A stretch of 64,000 nucleotides of DNA from Malacoraja senta (taxonomy: Eukaryota). Positions 1 through 13,268 of the stretch are shown here, one piece after another. The first letter of the stretch is position 1, and each line of letters opens with the position of its first letter. The stretch spans positions 1,550,001 through 1,614,000 of the forward strand of contig CM076001.1 in NCBI GenBank assembly GCA_038087875.1. Reading direction: 5' to 3'. The notes under the pieces were generated by a model. That model saw only the letters and a program-made list of their open reading frames with translations. It was not told the origin of the DNA and searched no databases. A program made the translations under genes and the position numbers.

Positions 1-789
1 GTCTCCAACATCTCCATGCAAAAGCTTCACAAACTGTTGGAAATTAAAATATTATTGTAACAAAAATTATGTAAATTCTTTAGAAATGATAAGACACTAG
101 AAAACACATTATAAAAGGCATTTTGACCAACTTAATGAAATAAAATAAAGTGAATATTGTCTTTATGCTGTTTATGAAGGAACTGTAGATGCTGGATCAT
201 AACGAAGGTTTATATAAAACATTTATCAATTTCTGTCAATTCTCTATCAACGTTGTCGCCTGATACATTGTTGACAGTTATATCTAACTGCATAGACAAC
301 ATTAACATCATGGAGACATATAAGACCGCAGATCAAGTATCAAGTATCAAGTATCCTTTATTGTCATTCAGACCTTTCAGTCTGAACGAAATGTCTTGCC
401 TTGCAGTCATAACATAGAATAAAATAACAACAACACACGATAAACACAGATTTAACATCCACCACAGTGAGTCCACCAGGCACCTCCTCACTGTGATGGA
501 AGGCAAAAGTCTTAAAGTCCTTGCTGACATTTTGAGGAAAACACAAAAATGGTTGTTAACCGCGGAAGGCATGCAGCATCTGGGGAGGGCTGGACTCGAA
601 CCCGGGTCGAATTCTTCTTCAGGCGAAAGACACAGTACTGGAGTAACACAGCACTTTACGACTTCTTTTTTTTAAACCAGCATCTGCAGTTCATTGTTTC
701 TGTCTTTAGATTGACAACGTACAAATGACACAAGGTACGGCATAGGAAAGCTTAGAATATCAGTTTCGAAGTGAACTGACCAAAGTTCT

Positions 790-1330
790 CGGTGGCGATG
801 TGGACCGGAGAGAAATAACGGTGTATGAACACACTTCGGTTGGTAAGATTTCAGACTTCATTATTAAGGATGCGGTTTCGGCGGACTTGGAATCACACGA
901 TAAAATAGGCCACAGTTAGCATGATTTTGTTCAGGGTAGATCGTACCTAATCTCTAAACTGTTGGAAACTGCCGTAGTTGTTTGAGCAACAAGTTGGATA
1001 GACGATGGAGAGTCAGTGGATGTTACTTGCTTGGATTTTTGTAAGTCCTTTGATCAGATGTCGCGCGGAGCACTGCTAAACAAGATAAGAGCCCATTGTA
1101 TTAGAGGCTAGATGCCAGCATGGACCGAGAATTGGCTGACTGGGAGAAGGCCGAGTTAGGAAAGGGTGGGGAGGGGTGTATTGTTTTCTGCGCTAACCAG
1201 AGGTTTCTGCAGGATCATAGTTGAGTTAGCTACTTTTCACGTAACTTTTTAGTTTTCTGGATGTTGGAATTGAAACAACTTGCGTCGTTTAAAGCTTGGT
1301 TGTTTCTCGGGTTCACCAGGATGCAGTGGC
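790..1330 (+). mobile_element. Degenerate CR1-type LINE RT fragment
   Basis: gtggatgttacttgcttggattttt..aagtcctttgat (VDV.YLDF.KAFD remnant) and catgattttgttcagggtagatcg (HGF.KGRS remnant). Confidence 0.6.
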
Positions 1331-1468
1331 TGATAAGTACATCCGATATTTCTCAGGTTTCCTGTCAGTGTGTATCTGAGCACCTATCGGCGGCCTCCAC
1401 ATGGCGGCTACATTGGGCCCTTGAACCCCTGCGAAACCCAGAAAGGAGAGGAAAGGCTCACCACAGGC

Positions 1469-1507
1469 AGTTTTTGCACTGCGAAGAGACTGCTTTCAAT
1501 CATTGTG
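1469..1507 (-). other. 23-bp-spacer RSS of V1
   Basis: Heptamer CACAATG (1507-1501), 23-nt spacer (1500-1478), nonamer GCAAAAACT (1477-1469). Confidence 0.9.
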
Positions 1508-3031
1508 GAACCCAGGGCGCAGTAATACACAGCAGAGTCTGTGAACTGCAGACCCCAAATAGTTAAATTGATAATTGAAGTTGCTGTCTGGAGAACCGCA
1601 GAGAATCGTTTCTCTAATATGTCTCCCCGTTCTTCCTGTTGGTCCCAAGACTGTTTCAGCACAATAATCTCAGGATTCTCCGCCGCAATTTGTCGGTACC
1701 AATATAAACAATAGGCGGATGCTGTAGTATTGTAGGTACAGGTTAGTTTCACCAAATCCCATTTTCTCGGGCTCAGTGAAGACTGGCTCTGAGTGACCGA
1801 ATCCCCAGCGCCCTGCCCTGTGAAATGGATTCCGGGTCAAGAGGAAAAAAAACGCCCGTTAGACGGTGGAAGGGAACAAATGGAACGTTTCGACATGCGG
1901 ATAAAACACAGTTTTACACAACATTGCTCCTTGTTTTAGAAAACATCAGTTGCGAAGGGTTACATGGAACAAAGAAACGGACACCACATGAACAAGCCGT
2001 TCTGCCCACAATCTCTGTGCCAAACACGATGCCAAGCTGAACTAATCGTATCTCCTCCTGCACATTGCCGATATCTCTCCTTATCGTGCATATCCTTGTG
2101 TTTATCTAAAAGCCTCTTAAAAGCCACTGTCGTATCAGTTCTATTACCATGCTCGGCAGCATGACCCAGGCATTACCGCTCTCTCCGTAAATAACTCGTA
2201 CGTTTCGTTTGATTTTTGCCCCTTTCACGTTTAAGTTAGGCCATCTACTCTCTAATATTTCCAAATTGGGAAACACAAATCCTTCTGAATGCTTTCACTT
2301 TGCCATCAGAATATACACTTTCACCATCAGTTCATATACTTCCATCAGGTCTGAGCCTCTAATAAACCACGGGAAACAAGCCAACTCTGCCCCGACTCTC
2401 CTGAAAGCTAGCGCCCTCTAATGCAAGTAGTATTCTGGTAATGAAGCTGGCGACACTCTATCTTCGGTTTAAACCAGCATCTGCAGATCCTTCCTGATAA
2501 TCCTAGTACACCTCAACGCTGTCCCTTCAATAAGACGTGGGGACTGTAAGCAACGCTACACATGCGGCCTAACCAAGAGCCTTTAACACTGCATTGCCAT
2601 AGCAATAACAGATGTTTCTACAATGTGTCCATTGGTTCACAGCACAAGTTGGCTGTCGTGGGGACTGGACCCAGCAAAGTCCCGGGACACGACCATGGCA
2701 GGCAGCAGATTGAAGTATCTGCTAAGAATAAAAACACAATGTCGCACATGCTAAATCTCCTGCCATAACTCATCTTCCAGACTGGAGTGCTCAGCAAGTA
2801 CAGACAGCTCAAAACAGACTGCACTCGAGGCTTCCATGGCGGTTACGAGCCGTATTCGCCCGGCCGATTGTGAGTACTATTCCCTGGCTCCTCGGAAATT
2901 TCACGAACATTGTGAATATCAAAGACAAATCACAGAACATGTGGAAAACAAAGTTATCTTCCGTTCATGTCACGATTGTCTTGAAGGTACTTACACAATA
3001 AACATGCACCGAAGATGAAAGTAAACACCAT
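1508..3031 (-). CDS. TCR delta/alpha V gene segment V1 (leader exon 2995-3031, V exon 1508-1817), open frame
   Basis: Leader ATG GTG TTT ACT TTC ATC TTC GGT GCA TGT TTA TTG T|GTAAGT. Acceptor TTTCACAG|GG at 1818/1817; phase-1 intron. Product MVFTFIFGACLLWQGAG-DSVTQSQSSLSPRKWDLVKLTCTYNTTASAYCLYWYRQ...DSAVYYCALGS, with canonical Cys/Trp/YYC, followed by a 23-RSS. Confidence 0.92.
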
Positions 3032-6000
3032 TTCCATCTTTCCTTTAAGGGAGCGGATAGCTGGTGTGGCCGAAAGTTGGAGTGCGAAGCCCTGCACTGC
3101 CTTGACCGAATTGGAGCTGTGCTGATACAACTTCGACAGTACGTTGACACGCCAGCGCCTCTACTTTCTTAGAGGTTTTAAGAGATTCTGCATTCTCCGA
3201 ATCTCCCACTAAATATCAACATGTACTGCAGAAAGTATCCTGACTGTTTACTCTATGGCCTCATATGGCATTCCTAACGCACAGAAACTTAGTAAATTAC
3301 ATAGGGATGGAATCAACACCCTTCGTCGCAGGCAGAGTTCTCTCCATCTACGTCGCCCCAAGAGATCATAGCAATCCGGGTCATGCCCTTTTCTAGGCTT
3401 TACAATGCGACACTCCCCACGGCCCTACCTTTCGCCGGGAATGTCCTGCCGTGTTTGACTTCCCAGAATGCAACTCCTCTCACTTATCTTCATTAAAATT
3501 CATCAACCATTGCTCAGCCCACTTGTTGAACCGATCGACATCCTCCGGTGGATTTTGATAATCATCTTCGCTCATCTTACTCCAACTACTTTTGTGTCAT
3601 CTGCCAAAGTTGAAGTCTTGCCTTCTACATTTTCATCGAAATCTTCGATATAAATGACAAACAGCAATGCGCCCAGAACTGATCCTTTCGGCACATAACT
3701 TGTCGTAGGCAGCTAGTCTGAAAATGTATCTTCCTCCATCCTACTCTGCTTCCTTCCTTGAAGCTAATTTTCCACCCAGTTAGCAAGACCCCCCTGGATC
3801 TCGTGCTACCATTCCAGAGCAGTCACCCACGCGGCACTTTATCAAATGCCTTGCTGAACATACAATGTCTACGACTTTCCCTCACTAAACGTTTTTGGTT
3901 ACTTCTTCAAAATACCTAATACGATCGTAACATGCGAACTCTGGCATCAACCACGATGCTGACTATCTCTAATCAGTTTTTCTACCCAAATGCATATGTG
4001 TGATATCCCTCTCTAGTTACTTGCCTAACACAGGCGGTAGATTCACCAGTGCATATGTCCTAGTCGTATACTTGCAGCCTCTCCAAATAAGATACATGTT
4101 ATCCTCCCTCCAGCATTCCTGCACCACACGCGTGTCCAATGATGATTCGTGAATCTCAAACACGGAGCCTTCTTTCAATGAAATATTTTTTTAAGCCACC
4201 AGTCATTTTGCAATATATCCCTCATGGAATTTTATGAAAAGCAGCACCTTTAGCCGCCCACCCCGCAGAGACAGAAAACAACCAACAATCAGTGATGAGA
4301 GGGATTCATGAAGCATTAATACGATGCAGACAATTGCTTTCTCATTTCAAAGTAAATATGTATTTCATTCTCGCACATGGCAGTGGAAGCTTGATTGGAT
4401 CTCACATCTATTTCATATCGAAGAAAATTGATATAAACAGCTCCAGCATTGAATGAACTAGATCATTGTTAATCATCCGAATTCAGACCCCATTTCCTGC
4501 TTCATCCACATACCGCTTGATGCCATTAGACACAAGAAATTCGACCAATTCCATTGTGAATATAGTGAAAGACATTTTGATCTCGTTTCAACTCAGTCCA
4601 TCTGGCTCCCACCCAAGGACTGACCCTTAGAAGGGTCTCGACCAGAAACGTCACCCATTCCTTCTCTCAAGAGACGCTGCCTGTCCCGTTGAGTTACTCC
4701 AGCATTTTGTGTCAACCTTCGGTATAAACCCGCATCTGCAGTTCTTTGCTGCACATTTTGTCTCCGACCCAATCTGGGGTCGAGTCCAACGTTGCATTGC
4801 AAACGATATTTCCCTGTTTAACTGAACGGAAACACCTGTGGATTCTGTGCAGAGATTAACGAGCGGCTTCCTGTGGCTGTTCGGAGATAGTGACTGCGAC
4901 CCAATTTCTCCATTATCTTGTCAGCAGCTGACATATTCTACTGGCAACGCGCGCAGCAATTGAATACGTATAGCTAGTTCCGATTAATACTTTAATTGCT
5001 TAAACGCCACAAACTGCTGGCGAAACATAGCGAATCGGGGAGCATCTCTGGAGAACATGGATGGGTGAAGTTTCGGATTGGAACCATTCTTCAGACCGAT
5101 TGTGGTGGTGGTGGAGTTGGGGTGGGGTGGCGGGGGGAGGCTGGACGGAGCTTCACAATTACCGGCTCTTTACTCCTGTTTGTGTCTGTGTATCTGTCTT
5201 TTTTCATCTCTGGACTTTGTCCAACTAGTTTCCCCGTCACCTGCTCACTAACGTACATGTAATTATGGCCGGCATTGCCCGAACCCTCCTCTCTTTTGAA
5301 TGTTTTTTCTCTCCTTCTTCACCACAATCAGTCTCAAGAACTGAAACAACACCCTTCCACGTTCTCCACATATTCTACCTGACTCGCTGAGGTACTCCAG
5401 TACGTTGTACATTATTTTTTGTAAACCAGCACCTGCATTTCTCGGTTTCGCTACCATATATTTATTGTGTCATTCTGGTAGTCAAGGCCAAAGTAGACTT
5501 AATGGGGGTAAAAACTGAAGAGCGAATCATTTAGTATGTTCAAACGGTAATACATTTCGTTGTTGGGGCTCGGAGGGATCCAGCGATACGTGGAAGAGGC
5601 AGAATAGGGGACAGAATTTGTGCAATCGGCCGTGATCAAATAGAAAGGCGGATTCGGTCTGAAGTGCCGAAAGGCCTACCGTGCTCATATTTCCCACGTT
5701 TTTTGTGGACCTGTTCTTAAAAATATTATTCCATTGTTAATAACTGTTTACATAAAATCGCATTAAAAGAAAGGTACTTAGGCATGTCCCGCATAGAATT
5801 GCCATGGAGAGAGTTTAAACGTGTGGGGTACACGAAATACACTTGTACTCTGATTTAACGTTAGGTATATTCACAGTAGGTTTATTTGATTGTCACGTGT
5901 ACCGAGGTACAGTAGAAAGCTTTTGTTCAGTGCTAACCAGTAAGCAGATAGACAAAACATGATTACGATCGATCAATTTACAGTGTACAGACACATGATT

Positions 6001-6906
6001 AGGGAATAACGTTCAGTGCAAGGTAAAGCCAGCAGAGTACGATCAAAGAGGTAGATAGCAGTTCAGCACTGCTCTCTGGTTGTCGTAAGATGATTCAGTT
6101 GCCTGATAACAATGGCAGCTTGACTCGCGTCATATGTACATATTGTGTTACCTGTCTGAAAACAACAAAGCAGAACGATCACAGGAGGAGGCCAGTCCAC
6201 TCACGGAACCACTCCTTCTTCAAAACCTCAATGGGCCAATAATGTCTTAGCTCCAGCATCAATATAGATTGCATTTGATCAATATCTATAAATGCACAAC
6301 CCTGCCCCAGAATGCTATACATAGATACCAGAATTACGGAATATCAGCAGTTTGAATGCATCGTGTAATACGCGCAGAGATAGGTCCCAAGAAACTAAAG
6401 TTTAAAAAGGTCATAAGAGATAGGAGCAGAATTAGGCCATTCGGTCCATCAAGTTTACTCCGCCATTCACCCAGCATCTATCTCTCCCTCCTAACCCCAT
6501 TCTCCTGCCGCGCAGAAAACGGTTAAATAAGATAAGAGCCAATTGTATTGGAGGCTAGATACTAGTATCGACAATTGTTCGGTTGACTGACAGGAGGAAG
6601 AGTGAATAAGGGGGGGGGGGCTATTGTTTAATGCCGCTGACCAGAGGTTTCCGCAGCGTCGGAGTTGAATTAGCAATTTTTCACTTTACATTTTATTGGT
6701 CTGGATCATGGAATTGAAACAAATCGCGTCGTTTGAAGCTTGCTTAGTTTCACTGGTTCACCAGGATGCGGTGGCTGACAAGTATATCCGAGGTTTCCTG
6801 TCCGTGTGTGTCTGCGCACGTATTGGCGCTCTGCACATGGCTGCCACACCTGAGCTCTTGAAACCCTGGGAAACACAGACAAGGACAAGAAAGACTCACC
6901 ACAGGC

Positions 6907-6945
6907 GGTTATTGCACTGCGCAGAGACTGTTTCCAATCACTGTG
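6907..6945 (-). other. 23-bp-spacer RSS of V2
   Basis: CACAGTG (6945-6939), 23-nt spacer, nonamer GCAATAACC (6915-6907). Confidence 0.9.
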
Positions 6946-8512
6946 GGACTCAGGGCGCAGTAATACACTGCAGAGTCTGTCAGCTGGAGTCCCCAAATAG
7001 TTAAATGGACAAATGAAGTCGCTTGCTGGAGATCCGTGGAGAACCGTTTCTCTATTATGTCTCCCGGTGTTTCCCGTTGGTCCCAAGATCGTATCAGCAC
7101 AATAAACTCAGGATTATCCTCGGCAATTTGTCGATACCAATATAACCGATACGTGGATGCTGTAGTATTGTAGGTACAGGTTAGTTTCACCAAGTCACCT
7201 TTTCTCGGTCTCAGTAAAGACTGGGTATGAGTGACGAAATCCCCAGCGCCCTGTCCTGTGAAATAGATTCCGTGTCAAGAGAAAATTTGTAGCCGTTAGA
7301 CGATAGAAGGGAAACATGCTTAAACTTTTAACTTGACCACCGAACAAATGGAACGTTTCGACATGTGGACAAACAGACTTTTACATAATGTTGCTCCTTG
7401 TTTCAAAAAAGATCAGCTGCGAAGGATAACATAGAACAGAGATACGGGCAGAATCGGAACAAGCCGTTCAGCCAACAATGTCTGTGCCGAACATGATGCA
7501 AAGCTCAACTAATCGTATCTCCTGTAAATCACTCATATCTCTCCTTTCCGTGCATGTCCGTGTGTTTATCTCAAAGCCTCTTAAAAGCCACTGTCGTATC
7601 GCCTCTATCACCATCCCCGGCAGCAGGTCCCATGTACTTACCGCTCTCTCCGTAAATTACCCCTACATATCGTTTGCGTGTTGCCCCCTTCACCTTAATG
7701 TTAGGGCATCTAGTCTTTAATAATTCTACCGTGGGAATGAAAAAACCGTTCTGAATGCCTACACTTTCCATATCTCTCATAAGTTCATATACTTTAATGA
7801 GATCGGAGTCCCTAACAATCCATGGGAAACAAGCCAACTCTGCCCCAACTATCATGAAAGTTAGCACCCTTTAATCCAAGTAGTATTCTGGGTATAGGCC
7901 GAGAGATACTCAATCTTCGGTTGAAACCAGCAGCTCCAGTTCCTTCCAAGTAGTATTCTGGTAATCCTAGTCTGCGTCCTAACCAAAACCTCCACGCTTT
8001 TCCATCAATAATGCGATGGGAACTGTAGGCAACGCTACAAATGCGGCCAAACCAAGGCCTTTAAGCGCTGCATCGTGTTGTTGCAACAACGGATTTTTCC
8101 ACAATGGGTCCTTTAGTTCACAGCCCCCATTGGCTGTGATTGTGATTGAACCCAGCAAGGTCTCGGGAGACGACCATGGTAGACAGCAGATTGAATTATC
8201 TGCTAATAATAAAAACACAATGTCGCACATGTTAAATATCCTGCCCTAACTCATTTTCCAGATTGAAGTCCTCAGCAAGTACACACAACTCAAAACAGAC
8301 TGCACTCCAGGAGTCCATGGATGTTAGGAGCTCCAGTCGCCAGGCCGGTTGTAAGCACTACTCCCGGACTTTTCGGAAATTTCACGAACGTTGTGAATAT
8401 TACAGACAAATCACAGAACATGTGGAAAACAAAGTTGTCTTCCGTTCACCTAACTTTAGTCTTAAAGGTACTTACGGAATAAACATGCAAAAAATATGAA
8501 GGAAAGCAGCAT
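6946..8512 (-). CDS. TCR delta/alpha V gene segment V2 (leader exon 8476-8512, V exon 6946-7255), open frame
   Basis: Leader MLLSFIFFACLF + C|GTAAGT. Acceptor TTTCACAG|GA. Product ...RQGAG-DFVTHTQSLLRPRKGDLVKLTCTYNTTASTYRLYWYRQIAEDNPEF...DSAVYYCALSP. Confidence 0.92.
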
Positions 8513-8539
8513 TTCCAACTTTCTTTCAGGGAATATACT

Positions 8540-8549
8540 TGACGTGACG
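8540..8549 (-). promoter_or_regulatory. CRE-like element ~30 bp upstream of the V2 ATG
   Basis: + strand TGACGTGACG, a 7/8 match to TGACGTCA. The same motif is present at 19499-19508 upstream of V3. Confidence 0.5.
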
Positions 8550-10611
8550 GGAAGTTGGACTCCGTGGCCCCGCAGTGCTCACCACGGCACTGTTATTCGC
8601 CGTAAAGGTCCTGCCCTATTTGACTTCCCAAAAAAGAAAACCTCTCACGTATCTTCATTAAAATTCAACAACCATTGCTAGGCACACTTGTTGAACTGAT
8701 CAAGATCCTCTGGTGGCTTTAGATAATCATCTTCGCTCTCTACGACTCCACCTACCGTGGTGTCATCTTTAAACGTTCTATCCATGCCTTCTACATTCTC
8801 ATCCAAAACGTCGATAAAAAATGTCAAACAGCAATGGGCCCAGAACACATCCTTGAGGCACACAACCAGTCGCAGGCAACCAGTCCGAAAAAAATATGTC
8901 TCGAAGGGCCAAATGGCCTGTTCCTGCACCTATTGTCTATTGTCTATTGTCTATCGTGTATCTCTGGGCTTTATCCAACTAGTTGCCTATCAACCCCCAT
9001 TCTCTCCTGTGTCCCCTTAAATATGGCCAGGCTTTACCCTAACCCTCCTCTCCTTCGACTGTTCTCCTCTCCCCCTCACCACAATCAGTCAGAAGAACAG
9101 CCCCGAACTGAAACCACATCCATGTTCTCCAGATATTCTGCCTGACCCGTTGAGTTACTCCAGCATTCTGTGCATTATTTTTTTGTAATGCAGCATCTAC
9201 AGTTTTCTCAGTTTCCCAACAATAATGTTATAGTGTTATTCCGATAGTCAAGGCCAATGTAGATGACAAATTGGTACGAATATGGATACAAACTGAAGAA
9301 CGTACCATTTAGTATGTTCAAACGGATATACATGCTGTTCCTGGGGCTCGGGGGATCCAGTGATACGTGGAAGAAGGGGGATATCGGCCGTGATCAAATA
9401 GAAATGCGGACCAGCCCGATGGGTCGAAAGTCCCAGAATGCTCAGGTTACCGACGTTTTGCGGAAACTGATCGGAAAAACATTATTCATACCTGAAGAGT
9501 CTAGAGACCGAAGAAGGGTCTCGACCCGAAACGTCACCCATTCCTTCTCCCCGGAGATGCTGCCGGGCCCGCCGAGTTATTCCAGCATATTGTGTCTACC
9601 TTCGATTTACATCAGCATTTGCAGTTATTTCCTACACGTAATATTAAAGCAGTTGTGCTTTGTAACGTGGAAATCGAGAAATGTCCTGGGAAATGCGAGT
9701 GAGATATTGTGAGAAGGTTTGGGCAACACATCTGATGAGGGCTGTGCTGGCCCTGGAGAGGGAGGGGAGGAAAGGGTGAACATATAATCAGCGGTTAACG
9801 GCACGGGTCTGTACTCGCTGGAGTTTAGAGGGATTGCCTTGGATCGACGCTCCAAGCGCGGCCTGCAGACTTTAATATCAAGGGCTCGTAGTCTCTGGAG
9901 AGACCGAGTCAGGAAGCTGCGGAAGCCGCACAACGTTCGACAAGCCTAGACCCGAGGTCAGAGCGCCGGCGCGGGGTAACTGAGATTCCCCACCGATGCA
10001 GGAGCTGATCGGCCCGACGAGGAAGGCCCGCCGCCAGCTATAGGAGTAAGATCTTCCCATCAACGGTTAGAGGCCCCCGACCGCTGGAGGACAAAGAAGA
10101 GAAGAGATTTAACTTTTGGTTTTACCTTCATTACAATGAGGAATGTGGAAGTGTCACTGTGATGGATGTTGATGTTAAAATGTATTTGGTTTATTGTGTT
10201 GCTTTTTATATTATTTGTATGACTGACTTGACAAATGAAATTCCTGGCATGTTGCAAACAATACTTCGCTAATAAAGTATTATTTTATTGTATTGTATTG
10301 AATGCCGGAGTAGATTTGATAGGCCGAATGGCCTAATACTGCTCCTATCACCTATGGTCTTCTGATTTTATGAGCGCATGGAGTGGAAATAATAATGTTA
10401 TTTTAAAACAATAGCTTTTCATAGACGCCCTATCAAATAGAAAAATATAAAGTATTGCTTCTCAAGATCATCAGCTGCAATTTAATGTAAGAAGGAGCCC
10501 AAACGAGAGCGATTAGTCAACAACACACGCGACAGAAGTCCCGTTTGCGCAGAATCGTTAAGTGATGTCCGCAGACACTGACTGCGTTGTCTCCCAAGTC
10601 TTTTAGATCGC

Positions 10612-11165
10612 ACCAGGAATATTGTGTGCAATTTTGGTCTCCTAAGTTGAGGAAGGACATTATTGCTATTGAGGGAGTGCAGCGTAGGTTCACCAGGTTA
10701 ATTCCCGAGATGGCGGGACTTACGTATGATGAAAGAATGGACTGACTCGGCTTGTCCTCGCTGGAATTTAGAAGACTGAGGGGGGATCTTATAGAAACGT
10801 ACAAAATTCTTAAGGGGTTGGACAGGCTAGATGCAGGAAGATTGTTCCCGGTGTTGCGGGAGTCCAGAACAAGGGGTCACAGTTTAAGGATAAAGGGGAA
10901 ATCTTTTAGGACTGAGATGAGAAAAACATTTTTTACACATAGAGTGGTGAATCTCTGGAATTCTCTGCCACAGAATGTAGTTGAGGGCAGTTCATTGGCT
11001 ATATTTAAGAGAAAGTTAGATGTGGCCCTTGTGGCTAAAGGGATCAGGGGGTATGGAAAGAAAGTAGGTACAGGATACTGAGTTGGAGGATCAGCCAATA
11101 TCATATTGAATGGCGGTGCACGCTCGAAGGGCCGAATGGCCTACTCCTGCACCTATTCTCTTTGT
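10612..11165 (+). mobile_element. CR1-type LINE 3' fragment (ORF2 C-terminus + 3' UTR)
   Basis: EYCVQFWSP.LRKDI.AIEGVQRRFTRLIP...SLEFRRLRGDLIETYKILKGLDR. Paralogous copies at ~21580-22135 and ~50037-50585. Confidence 0.8.
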
Positions 11166-13024
11166 CTATATCTGTCTAGAATGGGTCGACAGGGCTTCTA
11201 TTCGCTGGAATTTAGAAGGATGAGAGCGGATCTAATAGAAACATATAAAATTATAGACAACAGAAACAGAGAATAGGTGCAGGAGTAGATCATTCGACCC
11301 TTCGAGCCAGCACCGCCATTCAATGTGATCATGGCTGATTAACCCCAATCAGTACCCCGTTCATGCCTTCTCCCCTTATCCCCTGACTCCGCTATCCAGA
11401 GAACCGGCCTCCATCGCCCTCTGAGGCAGAGAATTCCACAGACTCACAACTCTCTGTGAGAAAAAGTGTTTCCTCGTCTCCGTTCCAAATAGCTTACCCC
11501 TTATTCTTAAACTGTGGCCGCTGGTTCTGGACTCCTCCAACATCGGGACATATTTCCTGGCTCTAGACTGTCCAAACAATTCCCGGCTCTTTACTCCTTT
11601 TTGTGTCTGTGTATCTGTCTTTTTTAATCTCTGAACTTTGTCCAACTAGTTGCCCCGTCACCTGCTCACTAACGTACATGTAATTATGGCCGGGCATTGC
11701 CCGAACCCTCCTCTCTTTTGAATGTTTTTTCTCTCCTTCTTCACCACAATCAGTCTCAAGAACTGAAACAACACCCTTCCATGTTCTCCACATATTCTAC
11801 CTGACTCGCTGAGCTACTCCAGCACGTTGTGCATTATTTTTTGTAAACCAGCACCTGCATTTCTCGGTTTCGCTACCATATATTTATTGTGTCATTCTGG
11901 TAGTGAAGGCCAAAGTAGACTTAATGGGGGTAAAAACTGAAGAGCGAATCATTTAGTATGTTCAAGCGGTAATACATTTCGTTGTTGGGGCTCGGAGGGA
12001 TCCAGCGATACGTGGAAGAAGCAGAATAGGGGACAGAATTTGTGCAATCGGCCGTGATCAAATAGAAAGGCGGATTCGGTCTGAAGTGCCGAAAGGCCTA
12101 CCGTGCTCATATTTCCCACGTTTTTGTGGACCTGTTCTTAAAAATATTATTCCATTGTTAATAACTGTTTACATAAAATCGCATGAAAAGAAAGGTACTT
12201 AGGCATGTCCCGCATAGAATTGCCATGGAGAGAGTTTAAACGTGTGCGGTACACGAAATACACTTGTACTCTGATTTAACGTTAGGTATATTCACAGTAG
12301 GTTTATTTGATTGTCACGTGTACCGAGGTACAGTAGAAAGCTTTTGTTCAGTGCTAACCAGTAAGCAGAAAGACAAAACATGATTACAATCGATCAATTT
12401 ACAGCGTACAGACACTTGATTAGGGAATAACGTTCAGTGCAAGGTAAAACCAGCAGAGTACGATCAAAGATAGTACGAGGGTCACCAAAGAGGTATATAG
12501 CAGTCCAGCACTGCTCTCTGGTTGTCGTAAGATGATTCAGTTGCCTGATAACAATGGCAGCTTGACTCGCCTCATATGTACATATTGTGTTACCTGTCTG
12601 AAAACAACAAAGCAGAACGATCACAGGAGGAAGCCAGTCCACTCACGGAACCACTCCTTCTTCAAAACCTCAATGGGCCAATAATGTCTTAGCTCCAGCA
12701 TCAATATAGTTTGCATTTGATCAATATGTATAAATGCACAACCCTGCCCCAGAATGCTATGCATAGATACAAGAATAGTAAGATTAAACGAGAACTTACC
12801 AGTTTGAAGTTTGATCTTTATTTTATGAGGAGTTACGTTGGTGATTACGTGAAGAAGACCCGTCAGGGCGCATGCGCGTCAATCTTCAAAGCAGCGGCAT
12901 GAAATCACAGACAACACAGTAATTGAAGTAACATATTAAGATGAGGAACATGAGAACTACCATTATGACCTTTTTTCTATGAGAGAGGGTTGGGCGTGGC
13001 GGGCACGTAATCACCAACGTAATA

Positions 13025-13116
13025 CCTCATAAAATAAAGATCAAACTTCAAACTGGGTAAGTTCTATTTTAATCTTACTATTTTACTTCGGAGTCACGTG
13101 AGTGACTATGTGAAGA
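13025..13116. other. DIRS internal complementary region (copy of the circle junction)
   Basis: cctcataaaataaagatcaaacttcaaactgg..taagttct..taatcttact is the reverse complement of the left end (12777-12830). It is joined through att to ttacttcggagtcacgtgagtgacta.gtgaaga, the reverse complement of the right end (17428-17461). Confidence 0.92.
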
Positions 13117-13268
13117 TTTCAAAGCTCTGTGATTTTAAGCCGCGGATCAAAATCCCGGCTTCTCACTGCATTTATTGACTCTGAGTATAATCAATAATGC
13201 TGTAAACATGACACTGAATATCATGCAATAACAGTTTTATTTTAGTCATAAAACAAACAATAAGCCCT

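Noticed and set aside
460-500. CACAGTG/CACTGTG words, also at ~10135, ~21115, ~34713 and ~49575
   Set aside because: They are part of a dispersed repeat 3' end (tcactgtgatggatg...), with no properly spaced nonamer and no adjacent V/D/J.
585-625. tRNA B-box-like GACCCGGGTTCGAGTCC on the minus strand
   Set aside because: No cloverleaf or A box. It is embedded in a degenerate SINE/Penelope-type repeat, so it is not a tRNA gene.
7979-8230. ORF MCDIVFLLLADNS...KRGGFG repeated four times (also 2618, 18938, 47401) that looks like a leader or small protein
   Set aside because: It lies inside the L-V intron, overlaps LINE remnants and has no usable donor. The true leaders are the 37-nt exons further upstream.
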